Virus record (IMG/VR): IMGVR_UViG_3300045988_055837
From: a virus
DNA: 64,000 nt
Reading direction: 5' to 3' (one strand)
The notes beneath the pieces were generated by a model. That model made no database searches. It worked only from the letters and a program-made list of their open reading frames with translations, and had not been told where the DNA came from. The translations under genes were made by a program, and so were the position numbers. The stretch's first letter is position 1, and each line of letters opens with the position of its first letter. Shown one piece after another: positions 32,900 to 44,314 of the stretch.

Positions 32900-35800
32900 C
32901 TTCCTCTTCCTCCCCCGTCGCTCTCTCGCTTCTTAAAACAAGAGAACCATCAGCAGTCACTTCATCAATATGATATAACTGGTGACCATTAGAACTTGCA
33001 TACTTCTTAGTTACAAATTCATCGCCTCTACGGATACCTTGCACCATAATCATGTTTCCACGATTGAACCAAGACTTCTCAATGACAGTTTTAGTTCCAT
33101 CACTATTCTTGCGGAAGGTCTGCTTATCGAATAGAGCAAAATACTCTTGTCTGAACTTAACAGATACCACGCCTGTTGTTGTGAGTAGATACACAACGCT
33201 CTTAGTCTTATTCTTTGCAATACAAGTTCCGCAAATTCTATTGAGCTTATAGATTGGAATAATAGATGCGCCTTTTTTGAAAGTCTTTTCAATAATTGGT
33301 TCTTCAGGTAGAGAGAAGAAGTCTACTAAACCATACTTCTGAGTATTTACATCGCTCAATTCATGGTCATGGTAATAAAAGCACAGAACTTCCATTTCCC
33401 AAGAGGAGATATTTCCCTTAGCATACTTTTCCCAATCTTGCATGAAGATTCGAGTATTCAGTTCATCAAGAATACTATCTTTATTCTCTTTAATCCAATC
33501 TCTAAATATATCCATTTCCTTCTGATAGAAGTTATCCCAATCTTTAACATTGAATAAGAATATATCATTCTCGTTAATGATACCTTCTTCAATTCCGCCT
33601 ACCTGCGTACTAAGTTCATAGATGAAGTCAACCGCTCGTTCATCCAACTTATAATAAGTCCCATCGTACTTACATTCTGCTTTTAGATACCGATTGAACT
33701 CATAGATTCGACGCGCAAGAACTTGTTCTTCTGTATTTTCGGGTAAAAGACCATAGCGGATAAGACCTGGCATATTCTGTAGAGTTAAACGCTTCTTTCT
33801 ATCGCAAGTCATCCACAAATATTGTACCATAGCTTCTTTACGATCGCAGAACTGATCAAAAGCACCGCCCTTAATAAGAGCAATCATAGCTTGCTTATTA
33901 GGCGTTACTCTATAATAAAAATCAACCATAGATACATATGGACGTTTTGCAATAATCTCTTTAATCAAATCATTGTTGACATTAGTTAAACCCTTTAGAC
34001 CAAACAAGATTTGATTGTTCTCTGCGTCGGGCTTAAATCCAAGTGCAGAATGGTTAATATCAACAAGAGATACCTTAATACCCTTGTTACGAATTTCACC
34101 AATAGCCTTTGCTAACTTTGTATAGTCAGATTGCTCGCCTTCATCTTCATCAATAGCACCGCTATTAACGATTAGGTACGCAGTATTCCAATACACAGGA
34201 TTGAAATGAGTGGCGAGATAAAGAGTTTGCATACCAACAAAGCTATAAGCAAGAGCGTGGATTACAGAGAATGAATAACCCATCTGCGGGCCGAGGCCAA
34301 ACTTCCAGACATATTTACCCAATGTCTCTGACTTTGCCGTATCCAAAACCTTTTGGTGAAGTTCTGGAATCTTATTCATCTGCTTCTTACCAACAATCTT
34401 TCTTGCGGCGTTTGCTTCAGCCAGACTAAAGTTGCAAATATCGGGGTCCCGCAACATCTTCATTAACTGCTCCTGAGAGGGAGGTACACCATAAGATGAT
34501 AAGAAGTAAGGTTCCAAAATCTTCTGCTCTTGTTTCGTCAGACCATTATTATCCATCTCTTGATACCACAAAGAAATGTTATTCTTATATCTGACATACT
34601 TTTCCATCGGAGTTTCTGCGCCCGGCTCAGAAGCCATAAGACGCATTAGACCATTGGCATCCGCCATTTCGAGAGGATTATGCGGACGGATTTTCTTGGC
34701 CGCTTGTGCACCTACCGCACTATCAAACTGGAAACAACCAATCACATCGCCGTTTGCCAAAGCAGTCCACATAGCTTCATCATCCTGCGGAAGAACAGAT
34801 GGATGTAGATATTTATTATAAACCTCTCTAAGAGTTAAGTCTTTCTCAATAACTCCATCAGCTTGAAGAAGCTCAATAGTCTGAATGATAATATCCTGCA
34901 CGCTTGTTAACAGGAAGTCATATTTCACAGAACCTGCGGCTTCCTGGTCATGTAGATCCCACTGGGTAATCAATGCGCCCTTTGGAGTACGCATGACTGC
35001 GGCAGAATCATAGATATTTTCATCAAAGAGAATGACACCAGATGCGTGACTACTTCTCTTATTCACCATGCCTTGAATACGAACAATGATGTCTAAGAGT
35101 CCGTCATACTGCGAAACCGCAGTCACAAATGCTTTAACAGGTTTTCTACCTTTCTCTTGATTACCATTGACAACATCTTCAATAGGCCACAAGAAACCAC
35201 GCTCTTGAGGAATCAAAGAACTCAGATACTGTGCTTCATCAACATCAATACCATCTGGATATTCCTCAGAACGATAACCTCTACACGCAGTCAAGATTGC
35301 AGATTTCGTACCTTCTGTGCCGAAAGTGCAAACCTGAATAAGACCAAGTTCTCCTCTTTCCTTGCGGATTTCGGCGAAAATCTTCTGAATTTTAGACGGT
35401 GCCAAGTCAAGATCAATATCACCTAACTCAACACGTTCATCGTTAATGTAACGCCAGAATGGTAAATCCCATTCGATAGGATCGAGCTGAGTAATACCAA
35501 GGAGATAATGATTCAAAGCGGCGCACGCAGAACCACGACCTGCGCCGACTGTACTGCCGCAATTCCAGAACAAATCTACATAGTGTTTCAATGTATTAGG
35601 ATATGCAAACATACAAGTCTGCAACTTTTCACCGATAACTCTCTTTACTCTTGCTTCTTCTTCAAGTCTTTCCCAATACTCTTTCTTGTGGATAAGACCT
35701 TTCTCTTGCATCGCAATGATACACTCTTGAATCCAATACTTCTCTTGCTCATTATCAGATTCAATCAAGGAAGTCAGTACCTTATAATCGTCACGGAAAG

Positions 35801-36788
35801 TATCCATCATATCTTCTGGAACTCGTGACCAATCATACTTATCATAATGAGTTACTTCTACTTCTGGAATAGACTGATGCTTCTCAAGAGAGTAAAACTC
35901 AATCTTATCCTTGATTTCATTGGAATTGTCGTAGATCCAATAAATTGTATTTAAGTCGTAGCTAGACAAAAGTAAATCTGTTGCCTCTTGCTCAGACATA
36001 AGATAAGTAAACTCATAAAATGAATCAACTTCTCTTTCTCCACCTTTGGAATTAAGATAGGATTTATGCACATATCTATCTTCCTTGGTGAGATAGTGAG
36101 CGTCAGTGCCAACGCACATCTTTACGTCAAATGCTTTAGCAATACTAAGCATTCTCTTATTCGCAATAATCTGGTCTTCGTTATTCGCTGGCGCACACTC
36201 TATATAAAAATCATCTTTACCAAAGACATCAATACCGAACTCCATAAAGTCGATAATCTGCTCATGGTAACGACGCGCATTATTTTCATCGTTAGCTTTT
36301 TCGCAAGCATCAAGGTTTAGAATAGATTGTCCCAATTCTCCACCGATACAAGCGGTTGTACCAATAATATCTCCCTTAAATCTCTGCATAACTTCTTTAA
36401 GTTCAGATTTGAGGAGCGGTACTCTTTCCATTCGACGGTCATAATAACCGTTTGTCCATGCAATAGAGGACAATTCTTTTAGACCTCTATAACCATGCTC
36501 ATTCTTTGCGAGAAGAATAAAGTGATAATATTTCTGACCCATCTCTCGCGTATCGGTCAGATAGATCTCGTTGCCCAATGCTACGGTAAACTCAGGATGA
36601 GTTTCCTGTAGCTTCTTAGCATACTTATTGACTCTCATATGGGCACTCAACGATTCGTGATCTGTAATTGCGATTCCTGTCAATCCAAGCTCGATAGCTT
36701 TGTCAATCAACTCTTCCGGGTGATTTATACAGTCGAGAAGACGGAGATTGCTGTATTCTGTATGAGCATGATTGTTGAAATAACTCAT
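32892..36788 (-). CDS. dnaE: DNA polymerase III alpha subunit (PHP plus polymerase core), 1298 aa. TAG-free.
   Basis: N-terminal PHP HAHTEYS...DH motif. Length and conserved polymerase blocks. Confidence 0.85.
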   Translation of the reverse strand: MSYFNNHAHTEYSNLRLLDCINHPEELIDKAIELGLTGIAITDHESLSAHMRVNKYAKKLQETHPEFTVALGNEIYLTDTREMGQKYYHFILLAKNEHGYRGLKELSSIAWTNGYYDRRMERVPLLKSELKEVMQRFKGDIIGTTACIGGELGQSILNLDACEKANDENNARRYHEQIIDFMEFGIDVFGKDDFYIECAPANNEDQIIANKRMLSIAKAFDVKMCVGTDAHYLTKEDRYVHKSYLNSKGGEREVDSFYEFTYLMSEQEATDLLLSSYDLNTIYWIYDNSNEIKDKIEFYSLEKHQSIPEVEVTHYDKYDWSRVPEDMMDTFRDDYKVLTSLIESDNEQEKYWIQECIIAMQEKGLIHKKEYWERLEEEARVKRVIGEKLQTCMFAYPNTLKHYVDLFWNCGSTVGAGRGSACAALNHYLLGITQLDPIEWDLPFWRYINDERVELGDIDLDLAPSKIQKIFAEIRKERGELGLIQVCTFGTEGTKSAILTACRGYRSEEYPDGIDVDEAQYLSSLIPQERGFLWPIEDVVNGNQEKGRKPVKAFVTAVSQYDGLLDIIVRIQGMVNKRSSHASGVILFDENIYDSAAVMRTPKGALITQWDLHDQEAAGSVKYDFLLTSVQDIIIQTIELLQADGVIEKDLTLREVYNKYLHPSVLPQDDEAMWTALANGDVIGCFQFDSAVGAQAAKKIRPHNPLEMADANGLMRLMASEPGAETPMEKYVRYKNNISLWYQEMDNNGLTKQEQKILEPYFLSSYGVPPSQEQLMKMLRDPDICNFSLAEANAARKIVGKKQMNKIPELHQKVLDTAKSETLGKYVWKFGLGPQMGYSFSVIHALAYSFVGMQTLYLATHFNPVYWNTAYLIVNSGAIDEDEGEQSDYTKLAKAIGEIRNKGIKVSLVDINHSALGFKPDAENNQILFGLKGLTNVNNDLIKEIIAKRPYVSMVDFYYRVTPNKQAMIALIKGGAFDQFCDRKEAMVQYLWMTCDRKKRLTLQNMPGLIRYGLLPENTEEQVLARRIYEFNRYLKAECKYDGTYYKLDERAVDFIYELSTQVGGIEEGIINENDIFLFNVKDWDNFYQKEMDIFRDWIKENKDSILDELNTRIFMQDWEKYAKGNISSWEMEVLCFYYHDHELSDVNTQKYGLVDFFSLPEEPIIEKTFKKGASIIPIYKLNRICGTCIAKNKTKSVVYLLTTTGVVSVKFRQEYFALFDKQTFRKNSDGTKTVIEKSWFNRGNMIMVQGIRRGDEFVTKKYASSNGHQLYHIDEVTADGSLVLRSERATGEEEEDE

Positions 36789-36850
36789 AAACTATCTCCT
36801 TTACCTTTTATATAAATATTATAGCATAATTAAATACAAAAAGCAAGTTA

Positions 36851-38011
36851 TCAATCTTTTAATACCAAGGTTAATTTCTGCGAAGCTCTTGTCACAGCTG
36901 TGTATAGCCATCTTGCATGGTCTGCTCTTTTTAGGACTTCTTCAAGCACTAGCACTTTATCATACTCGCTACCTTGACTCTTATGAACTGTAATACAGTA
37001 ACCATAATCAAACTGCTCTGGTCGCAACTGCTTAGGAAACATTCGGAAGTTTTCTTTATTAACAGTCGCTTCTTTTGTAGTAATAAGCTTATAGTCCATC
37101 AAGAGTTCATGGAATACTTGATCACGAGGGTCTGTTTCATCAATAGTCTCTGGTGCGAAATCAATGATGCACATAGGATTAAGCCACGGATTTGGGTAGG
37201 TAGCAATCTCTTCAATTGTGCCAATAGTCCCATTAACAAGAGCATCACCTGTGGCAGTAATCTTATCCCAGTTATTCTTAAGACAAATAACTTTATCTCC
37301 AACAATAGGAGCAGGAATATCTTCGCCATATCGCATATTGCGATAATAATTATTCATAGTGTGACGAGTAATATTCTTGCCACAGAGGATTTGATCCGCC
37401 CATGTGAACATACCATCACAAAGGTCTCTCTGTCGAACTACGTTGATTTCAGAACCCTTGTAAGGTTTAATAATCTTACCAGCACGAATATCTGCGGACA
37501 GGCGGATAATCTCACTTTCTGCGGCTTGACGCATAATTTCGTCAAGGAAGATATGCGGATGGTCGAGGATGCCATTCTCCTCGCCAATAGGAGGCAATTG
37601 ACCTGGGTCGCCGCAAGCAATCACATAAACATTATGCGATAGCAGTAATTCCCACATCTGTTTTGGCAGCATAGATACCTCATCTACCACGACAATGTCG
37701 CAATCAGAGTTGAGTGACTCTCTTGGAATATGAATGAAGGTGCCATCAGCTCGCTGTAAGGATTTATAGAGTAGTCGGTGCGCAGTCATCGCAGTTGGAC
37801 AACCTTTATTTCTTAACACTTGAGCTGCTTTGCCCGTATAAGCAATATAGGCCACTCGTTCAGGATTGATATCTAGAGCAGAAATAATGAACTTAATAAG
37901 TGTTGATTTACCAGTACCGGCGTATCCAGCAATCACAGTATAGGGTTCATTTTGGTGATATCGCTCTACTGCAATTCTCAATCCTTCCTCTTGTTTACGT
38001 GTTAGTTCCAT
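36851..38011 (-). CDS. SF1 RecD/Dda-like DNA helicase
   Basis: AGTGKST Walker A, VVDEVSM, GDPGQLPP. Ribosome-binding site aaggagaagg precedes the second ATG. Confidence 0.75.
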   Translation of the reverse strand: MELTRKQEEGLRIAVERYHQNEPYTVIAGYAGTGKSTLIKFIISALDINPERVAYIAYTGKAAQVLRNKGCPTAMTAHRLLYKSLQRADGTFIHIPRESLNSDCDIVVVDEVSMLPKQMWELLLSHNVYVIACGDPGQLPPIGEENGILDHPHIFLDEIMRQAAESEIIRLSADIRAGKIIKPYKGSEINVVRQRDLCDGMFTWADQILCGKNITRHTMNNYYRNMRYGEDIPAPIVGDKVICLKNNWDKITATGDALVNGTIGTIEEIATYPNPWLNPMCIIDFAPETIDETDPRDQVFHELLMDYKLITTKEATVNKENFRMFPKQLRPEQFDYGYCITVHKSQGSEYDKVLVLEEVLKRADHARWLYTAVTRASQKLTLVLKD

Positions 38012-38204
38012 TTTCCTTCTCCTTAATCGCTGCATCTACTTTAGCTTTTAAATCATACAAATCTTCCAATCTCACGTCATAGAGCAGTCTAGTATTCATC
38101 GGTAGTGTAATTAAATCTCCATTTAGCTTATAGGAGAGTTGTTCATGCAGCAAAGCTACTTCTTCAACATTCATACTAGTCATATCTACATATAAAATAT
38201 TCAT
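37995..38204 (-). CDS. Small hypothetical protein of about 69 aa
   Basis: ORF whose 3' end overlaps the helicase start. Confidence 0.3.
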   Translation of the reverse strand: MNILYVDMTSMNVEEVALLHEQLSYKLNGDLITLPMNTRLLYDVRLEDLYDLKAKVDAAIKEKENGTNT

Positions 38205-38292
38205 ACCACTTTTCCTTTCCAAAAATAGTAAACCCTATTTTAGTTTCGGCGAACGGCCGTCTAGGTTCCGGCCAGTTCGTCGATTCTTTATT

Positions 38293-39057
38293 TTAACTTA
38301 TGAAGTAATTATATGCAGCAATAGCATTTTGCTGTCGCGTATAATAGCTCCCAGAACCGCATCTCTCATAGCATTTAGCAAATGCTAGAGCAGCGCTCTT
38401 AATGTCGGTTAAATCCAAGAAACTATTGTAATCAAAGTTTCTCTTATAAACATAACCGAATGTATCGAACTCGTACTCAATAGTATCTCGCAGATAGTCG
38501 CATTGCTCTTCTAACGAGGCTCCCCATACATTTGAGTAGGCTTTATTCCATTGACATATACCATAATATCCGTTACCAGAAATCGTGGCTTGAATGTCTA
38601 ATGTGTTACCTCCAGTTTCAGCCATTATATTACCAAGAATGCCAGCGCAAACTTGGTTACTGTAGCCCAGATCTTTGAAGTAGGTCCATATATAAGTAGC
38701 TGTTGGGTACTCTTCTTCTTTTTGATGCCAATGTTCCATGAGTTGGTCATATACACTTTGATATTTCAGTCTCAAAGCATTTGCATCAGCGTGTTCTTGT
38801 TTTGCTAATACAATGACGTCATGGTCTTCACTATAGCCTAGCTATCTAGCAGCTTCAGCCATTTGATGTGCGGCGTTCATATTCGAGATTTGTTCCGCAA
38901 TAAGCTCAATCAATGTATCCATATCATCAAGAGTATAACTAACAGTTTCGTTATACGGCACGGAATAAGCTTGAGCAGTGACCGCTAGGCCATAGCTACA
39001 TCCGCATAAAGACAATATAATGATTAAACTTGTGATAACTTTAATAAAACGACTCAT
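38293..39057 (-). CDS. Secreted lipoprotein with a lysozyme-like (phage lysozyme2 / glucosaminidase-type) domain, about 254 aa
   Basis: Signal peptide with lipobox LSLCGC. Track ORFs 38842..39057 and 38293..38775 join in frame through TAG at 38842-38844. AGILGNIMAETGG motif, also present in the endolysin N-terminus. Confidence 0.5.
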
Positions 39058-39133
39058 TTGATTGTTCCTCCTTTAGTAAGAGGTCGCGCAATCATTAAAA
39101 ATAATATTCCTGACGATTTATAATCTCATAATT

Positions 39134-40843
39134 CTAGATAATAAGTTGTGGTGTTACACTATTGAAGTATTTATTTACTTCGGCCTTACCCACAAGATTA
39201 ATAGTCACGCAACCGTTTTCGCTGAACAAACTATCCAGCTCCTCTTCGCTTGATTTAAACTTGATGCAAGTAACTCCGTTGGGTAATTGGATCTTCAACG
39301 TGGGGTTCCTATCTCTTGCCATGAGTGTAATCATGTCTTTTGTTACTGCAACATTTTCCACCGCGATAAGTGGTTCATCAACATTTTGACCCCAAAGATT
39401 TTTCATGTTACCTAGTTCAAGAATTTCTTTAGGATTAAAGTTGTTTACAGAATGAATAAAATCCACTTTATAACTTGGTGAAAATTCTATATCCTTGAGT
39501 GCATTATCGGCATATTCGAGAAAGGCATCAAAATTCTCGTCTAAGATACCGAAACCAAATGCATTAGGATGACCTTCAGCAAGATAAACTAAACCGCTAT
39601 CTCGACAAAAGCCTCTGAAATCATTTAGTTTAGATTTCTCATATCCACGTGCCGAACCGCTCCAAGCGATTTTCCCATCTTCTTCTACTTCCACTAACAA
39701 TGCCACAGGCCGCTGATACTCTGCCATAAGTTTATTAGCAATTAAACCAGTGATACCTCTATCAAAAGAAGGATGTTCTAATTTAATTAACAGAATCTTA
39801 TGGTCGAGGAGTTTATTATCCTCGATAATCGCTTTAACCTGTTCAACTGCGGCATCCTGATTTCTAGTCTGCCGATTCTTGACATTAGTGCAAGTCCGCA
39901 GACTTTGTTCCAACCTTGTCTCTTGTTGACCAGAGCATCCTCTCTTAGTTGAAGGAACTAAATCAAAAGCTTTCCAGTTAAGCATCGACTCAAATAATAG
40001 AGTCTTTTCAGCCATCGTTCCAACTCTTGTAATTGAGTTAATAAGCGGCACAATGTAGAAAGCCACCCCGATAGGAGTAGGGTGATCACCTAACTGATAA
40101 TGGTTCTTTTCCGCCATACCTTTGATAAATGGATTTTGAATTTGGCTTAATCCAGTTTGAACCAAATAGTGTGTTTCAAAATCTCTCAAATCCATCATAT
40201 CTCCAACTAAGCCAATAGCTACTATATCCAAGAATTGATCCGCTTTCTGTTGATCTGCGGGAAGCAGAGAATCAATAAATTGACATAGCTTATAAACTAC
40301 ACCAACACCGGAAAGCGACTTAGTAGGATAATCACAAAGCTGATTATTTACGACACAGGCGTATTCTGAAATTCTCTCAGCCTAATGGTGATCCAATACA
40401 AGAACTTCAATACCTTTATCATGAAGAGCCTTGTGAATATCGTAGTCATTAGAACTTGAATCTGGTGCAATGACCAATGATGTCTCTGGTGGAATCAACT
40501 CAGGGTTAATGCCATGAATCTTGCCATCGTGGAAACTATATGAAATATGCGATATAGCAGATGGAAATACGGCATGGATATAATTCAATAATAAAGCTGC
40601 TGAAGTATATCCATCACAGTCGCTATCCACTTGCACATGAATATGAAAACTATCTTTACTAAGTTGATTAAAAATCATCTTAGCTGCACTCTCAATATTT
40701 TTGAGTAAAAGGGGCGATAAATTATCCGATTCTGATACATTAAGATAATGGTTAATATCTTCAAATTTAATTCCTCTATTTGTCAACACCTATTCAATAG
40801 CGGAGTAACCGTCATGAATAGGCTTAATCAGCTAATAATCCAT
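39134..40843 (-). CDS. recJ: RecJ-like ssDNA exonuclease (DHH plus DHHA1), about 569 aa with 3 in-frame TAG
   Basis: DSDCDGYTSAA and LVLDHH (DHH). AEGHPNAFG (DHHA1). Track ORFs 40382..40789 and 39134..40231 are in the same frame, joined by TAG 40382-40384. Ribosome-binding site aaggagg then ATG at 40843. Confidence 0.75.
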
Positions 40844-40854
40844 GATTTACCTCC

Positions 40855-41958
40855 TTAACCTTTTGGAATAATTCGTTCAGCTAATAATTTCTCAAAAACT
40901 TGCGGCCCTTGGTCAATAGGGCTAGCTTTATAAGGTGAAATCATAGCTTTATCGAATATAGCTGTTACTCTTATAGAGTTATTATATTTATTATAAAAAT
41001 GAATAAGTTTAGCTTTTAATCGCTTAAATTCATCATCACTAATTTCTTGGAACTGCCTATCAAGAGCAATCACAATTTCTCTCGCGCCAACGTGCTTCAA
41101 CAAATCAACCTGGTAGCTCGATAAGCTACTTCCGCAAATAGCGACAGAAATATCATTCTCATGCCCATAATATGATTGATACATTAAGCAAGATTTCTCG
41201 CTCTCAAAGATAACTGCCGCGTGGATTTTAGCGATATTATCTTTGCTATTATTTAAGTTATACAAATTCATACTCAATGGATGATTGTATAACTGCTTAC
41301 CAATCAATAGAGGTCTATATTTGCCATATCTTTCGGCTTCATCTGCCGCTAAAGAACGACCTCTAATACCAATCAAACGATTATCAATGTCAAAATGCGG
41401 GATTGTGATTTGCTCGCCGCCTGGATAGTAGCCAATGAGATTCTTCTTACTCACTTCATCGCTAATTCCTTCTTGCTCCCAGCGAGAGATTCGCGGATAA
41501 GCAAAGCGAGTAAGAATAACTGGATCATATTCCTTTAGCTGAACCATAGGTTTCTTTTCTGGAAACCGCAGATTGTGTTTCTTAAATATGTCCCAGTCTT
41601 TTAACTCCGATTGTTCATCTTGTTTTTCGATACCATCAAAACCAAAGTACGATGCTATATAATCCATAGCATCGTACATTTCCCATTTCAGTTGCTTTTG
41701 ATTTTTCATTACCTTGATACATAGGTCAAAGATATCAAAAGTAGGGTCAATACAGCCAGTATAGCATCTAAACAATCGAGTATTAGTGTAATAATAAAGC
41801 TTGCGGGAACCTTCGCCAGGTAGATTGTGACAAATGGTTTGGGAGATAAGCCCTCCATCTGTGTACTCAGGCTCGCCTCCCCAAGCTTCTACCAAGTCAT
41901 AAATCTGCTCTAGTTCTAGTTTCTCCTTTAGCTCGTCTTTATCATAATAACGAGACAT
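40855..41958 (-). CDS. DNA primase (zinc-binding N-terminus plus Toprim-like core)
   Basis: CHNLPGEGSRKLYYYTNTRLFRCYTGC zinc motif. Position between dnaB and recJ. Confidence 0.6.
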   Translation of the reverse strand: MSRYYDKDELKEKLELEQIYDLVEAWGGEPEYTDGGLISQTICHNLPGEGSRKLYYYTNTRLFRCYTGCIDPTFDIFDLCIKVMKNQKQLKWEMYDAMDYIASYFGFDGIEKQDEQSELKDWDIFKKHNLRFPEKKPMVQLKEYDPVILTRFAYPRISRWEQEGISDEVSKKNLIGYYPGGEQITIPHFDIDNRLIGIRGRSLAADEAERYGKYRPLLIGKQLYNHPLSMNLYNLNNSKDNIAKIHAAVIFESEKSCLMYQSYYGHENDISVAICGSSLSSYQVDLLKHVGAREIVIALDRQFQEISDDEFKRLKAKLIHFYNKYNNSIRVTAIFDKAMISPYKASPIDQGPQVFEKLLAERIIPKG

Positions 41959-42131
41959 TACTCAATAATAACGAGATGAGTTACCGTACCACGCAGACCA
42001 TAACTCTCATTGATAATCCCCATTACATACTGATAAGGGTTCTTCTTTGCTTCATCATCCTTACGAGTAGAAAGAATACCATCAAACTGCTTCTTAGTAA
42101 TCTGATAATCAATAGCCTTAGAGTTCTTCAT
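41958..42131 (-). CDS. Small hypothetical protein of about 57 aa between dnaB and the primase. Not in the ORF track.
   Basis: Ribosome-binding site aaggagaag then ATG. TAATG overlap with the primase start. Confidence 0.3.
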   Translation of the reverse strand: MKNSKAIDYQITKKQFDGILSTRKDDEAKKNPYQYVMGIINESYGLRGTVTHLVIIE

Positions 42132-42143
42132 ATTATCTTCTCC

Positions 42144-43685
42144 TTAATTATTATCCCATGCACTGGGTCCATCATCTACAATAACCTTAATATCTTCAAT
42201 ACCAACCATCTCATGGTGCCAAGTGGTACAAAACTGAGGATGAATGCGGCAAGTACCTAAATCCGCCGTACACCATAAAAACACGCCCTTATAAGAGCCT
42301 CTTCTATTCTTGTAAACAGAGAGCTTAATATTTGGTCTTTGAAGATTGGGGTTTGCTTCAAAAATTGGTTCTAACTTTGCTAAATCTTCTTCTGAAACAC
42401 CTAGCAAAATCATACCTACGTCAGCTCGGTCGGCAATACTCTTAGCACCACGTAGTAAGTTCTGGTCAGGAGTTTCGCTATCTTTATAATCACCATTCAG
42501 CTGAGTTGCTGACATGATAAAAATACCATATTTATTTGCCAAATCTTTCAGTCTTGCGGAAAGCATAAACAAGATATTATCCTCTCTCAAGCGGATACCA
42601 CCTGTCTTCTTGGTAATTTCCTCCAAGATTTTCAAAGAGGTCTGAATATAGTCGAACAAGACATATTTAACATCATGCTCTCGAATATTCTTCTTAATCT
42701 TATTCTCAACATCTTGCAAAGAGAAATCTGGTAATTCCTCAATCCAGATAGGGCTATCTTTAATAATCTTCGCCGCCTCTACGACTCGCTCGCGTTCTCC
42801 CTCAAGATACTGACCGTTAAGAATATGCTCCTCATTTACACAAGAAAGAAAAGCCAACATCATTGTTTGAACTTCACCTTTATCTTGCTCTGTGGCAATA
42901 AAGAGTGTTGGTTGAGACGCGCCATTCTTAATCCAACCAAACTGTTCATGGTAGATACGATTACACGCAAAATTGCAGGCATCCGCAATCATACTTCTCG
43001 TTTTACCGATACCAGTAGCTGCGGACCGCAAGTAATATTTCCGCAATCTTGCTCCTCTTGTTACCGTATTGATAAGCGGTCCATAGAGAGGAATACCGAC
43101 CTCTGGATGCTTCTCAAGGTCTTCGATTAACTCCATGATACCATCACCCGCTTGATATCCAAGACCTAAATCATCTTCAATATACTTACTCTTGATTTCA
43201 TCAATCTTGGTATCAATCGTATTTGCAATATCAATTAGTGAAGTTGCATCTAACCAATCCTCTTGTTGCTGACGCTTCTTAGTATCAAGAAGATTATCTG
43301 CGTCATACAATCCACTTACATCCACTCCATAGCTATCATAAGCTCTTAACAAAGTGAACTTTTTCAATCTACCGTAGTAGTAGTTAAAAGTGTCTTGTCG
43401 AGCATTTTGAGAAGCTTCTAATAGATACTCAACACCTTTATTCTTCTTAAAGATTGCATCAAACTTAGGTCTATTGGCTAGATAGTCAATAATAGCGTCG
43501 ATATTAACCTGACTACCTGTCAGATGAATATTATACATACTACCGAATACAATCTTGTGAAAATCTTCTACGAAGTCCTCTTCGTGGATCATATACTTGT
43601 CTGTGTCATCGAGAATCGCGGCATTATTGAAGACACAACCGATAATCTGTGTGATAGCAGCAGTATCAACATAACTACTATTCAT
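42144..43685 (-). CDS. dnaB: Replicative DNA helicase, DnaB family
   Basis: Walker A GIGKT. DnaB C-terminal RecA-like fold motifs. 513 aa. Confidence 0.8.
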   Translation of the reverse strand: MNSSYVDTAAITQIIGCVFNNAAILDDTDKYMIHEEDFVEDFHKIVFGSMYNIHLTGSQVNIDAIIDYLANRPKFDAIFKKNKGVEYLLEASQNARQDTFNYYYGRLKKFTLLRAYDSYGVDVSGLYDADNLLDTKKRQQQEDWLDATSLIDIANTIDTKIDEIKSKYIEDDLGLGYQAGDGIMELIEDLEKHPEVGIPLYGPLINTVTRGARLRKYYLRSAATGIGKTRSMIADACNFACNRIYHEQFGWIKNGASQPTLFIATEQDKGEVQTMMLAFLSCVNEEHILNGQYLEGERERVVEAAKIIKDSPIWIEELPDFSLQDVENKIKKNIREHDVKYVLFDYIQTSLKILEEITKKTGGIRLREDNILFMLSARLKDLANKYGIFIMSATQLNGDYKDSETPDQNLLRGAKSIADRADVGMILLGVSEEDLAKLEPIFEANPNLQRPNIKLSVYKNRRGSYKGVFLWCTADLGTCRIHPQFCTTWHHEMVGIEDIKVIVDDGPSAWDNN

Positions 43686-44218
43686 GTATCTTCCTCTCCT
43701 TCGTCTAAGAATGTAAATAATTGCCGCGTATGCTTCATTGGCTCTCTCTTAGGAGGAACAATGTGAATCTCCCGCACAGGCAAATTATACTTCTGAATTT
43801 CTACTCCCTTATTGCGCTCTTGAGCTTCCCATAAAGCTCTCCAATAGTCAAATGCTTTATCATATACCCAAGGAATAATACCGATACCGCCGTTAGCTTT
43901 TTCGATCGGATTACCCTTAACTTCAAAGAAAAATTTCAGCGTTTTTCTCATTCCAGAATAACTATAATTTTTTTCTTTTCTAAAGGTGTCCATCTGTTTC
44001 CTAATTTTGACTGGGATAGTGCTAACTCCAAATAATTCCTTGATATATTCTTCTAATTCACGCTTATCTTTTTCTTCTTGAGTTTGATTTTCTTCTTCTG
44101 TCCTCGCACAAGCCACATGAGCATATCGTCTTGCGTTTGGTTTTACGAAAGGTTCGATATTAGCATCAAACATCTGGCCACAGTACAAACACTTCACCAT
44201 ATGTTTTGCCATAATCAT
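43682..44218 (-). CDS. Zinc-finger protein of about 175 aa, possible helicase loader or replication accessory
   Basis: CLYCGQ...HVACA. ATGA overlap with dnaB. Confidence 0.35.
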   Translation of the reverse strand: MIMAKHMVKCLYCGQMFDANIEPFVKPNARRYAHVACARTEEENQTQEEKDKRELEEYIKELFGVSTIPVKIRKQMDTFRKEKNYSYSGMRKTLKFFFEVKGNPIEKANGGIGIIPWVYDKAFDYWRALWEAQERNKGVEIQKYNLPVREIHIVPPKREPMKHTRQLFTFLDEGEEDT

Positions 44219-44269
44219 TACGCTCCTTTCTTTATATTTTCTATAACTATTATAGCATAATTATAATAA

Positions 44270-44305
44270 AAAATCAAAAGGAGAGTATTCATACAAGAAT
44301 ACTCT
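44270..44305. terminator. Hairpin aaggagagtattc-ataca-agaatactctcctt
   Basis: 13-bp stem seen in sequence downstream of the Sak4-like gene. Confidence 0.45.
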
Positions 44306-44314
44306 CCTTTAATC

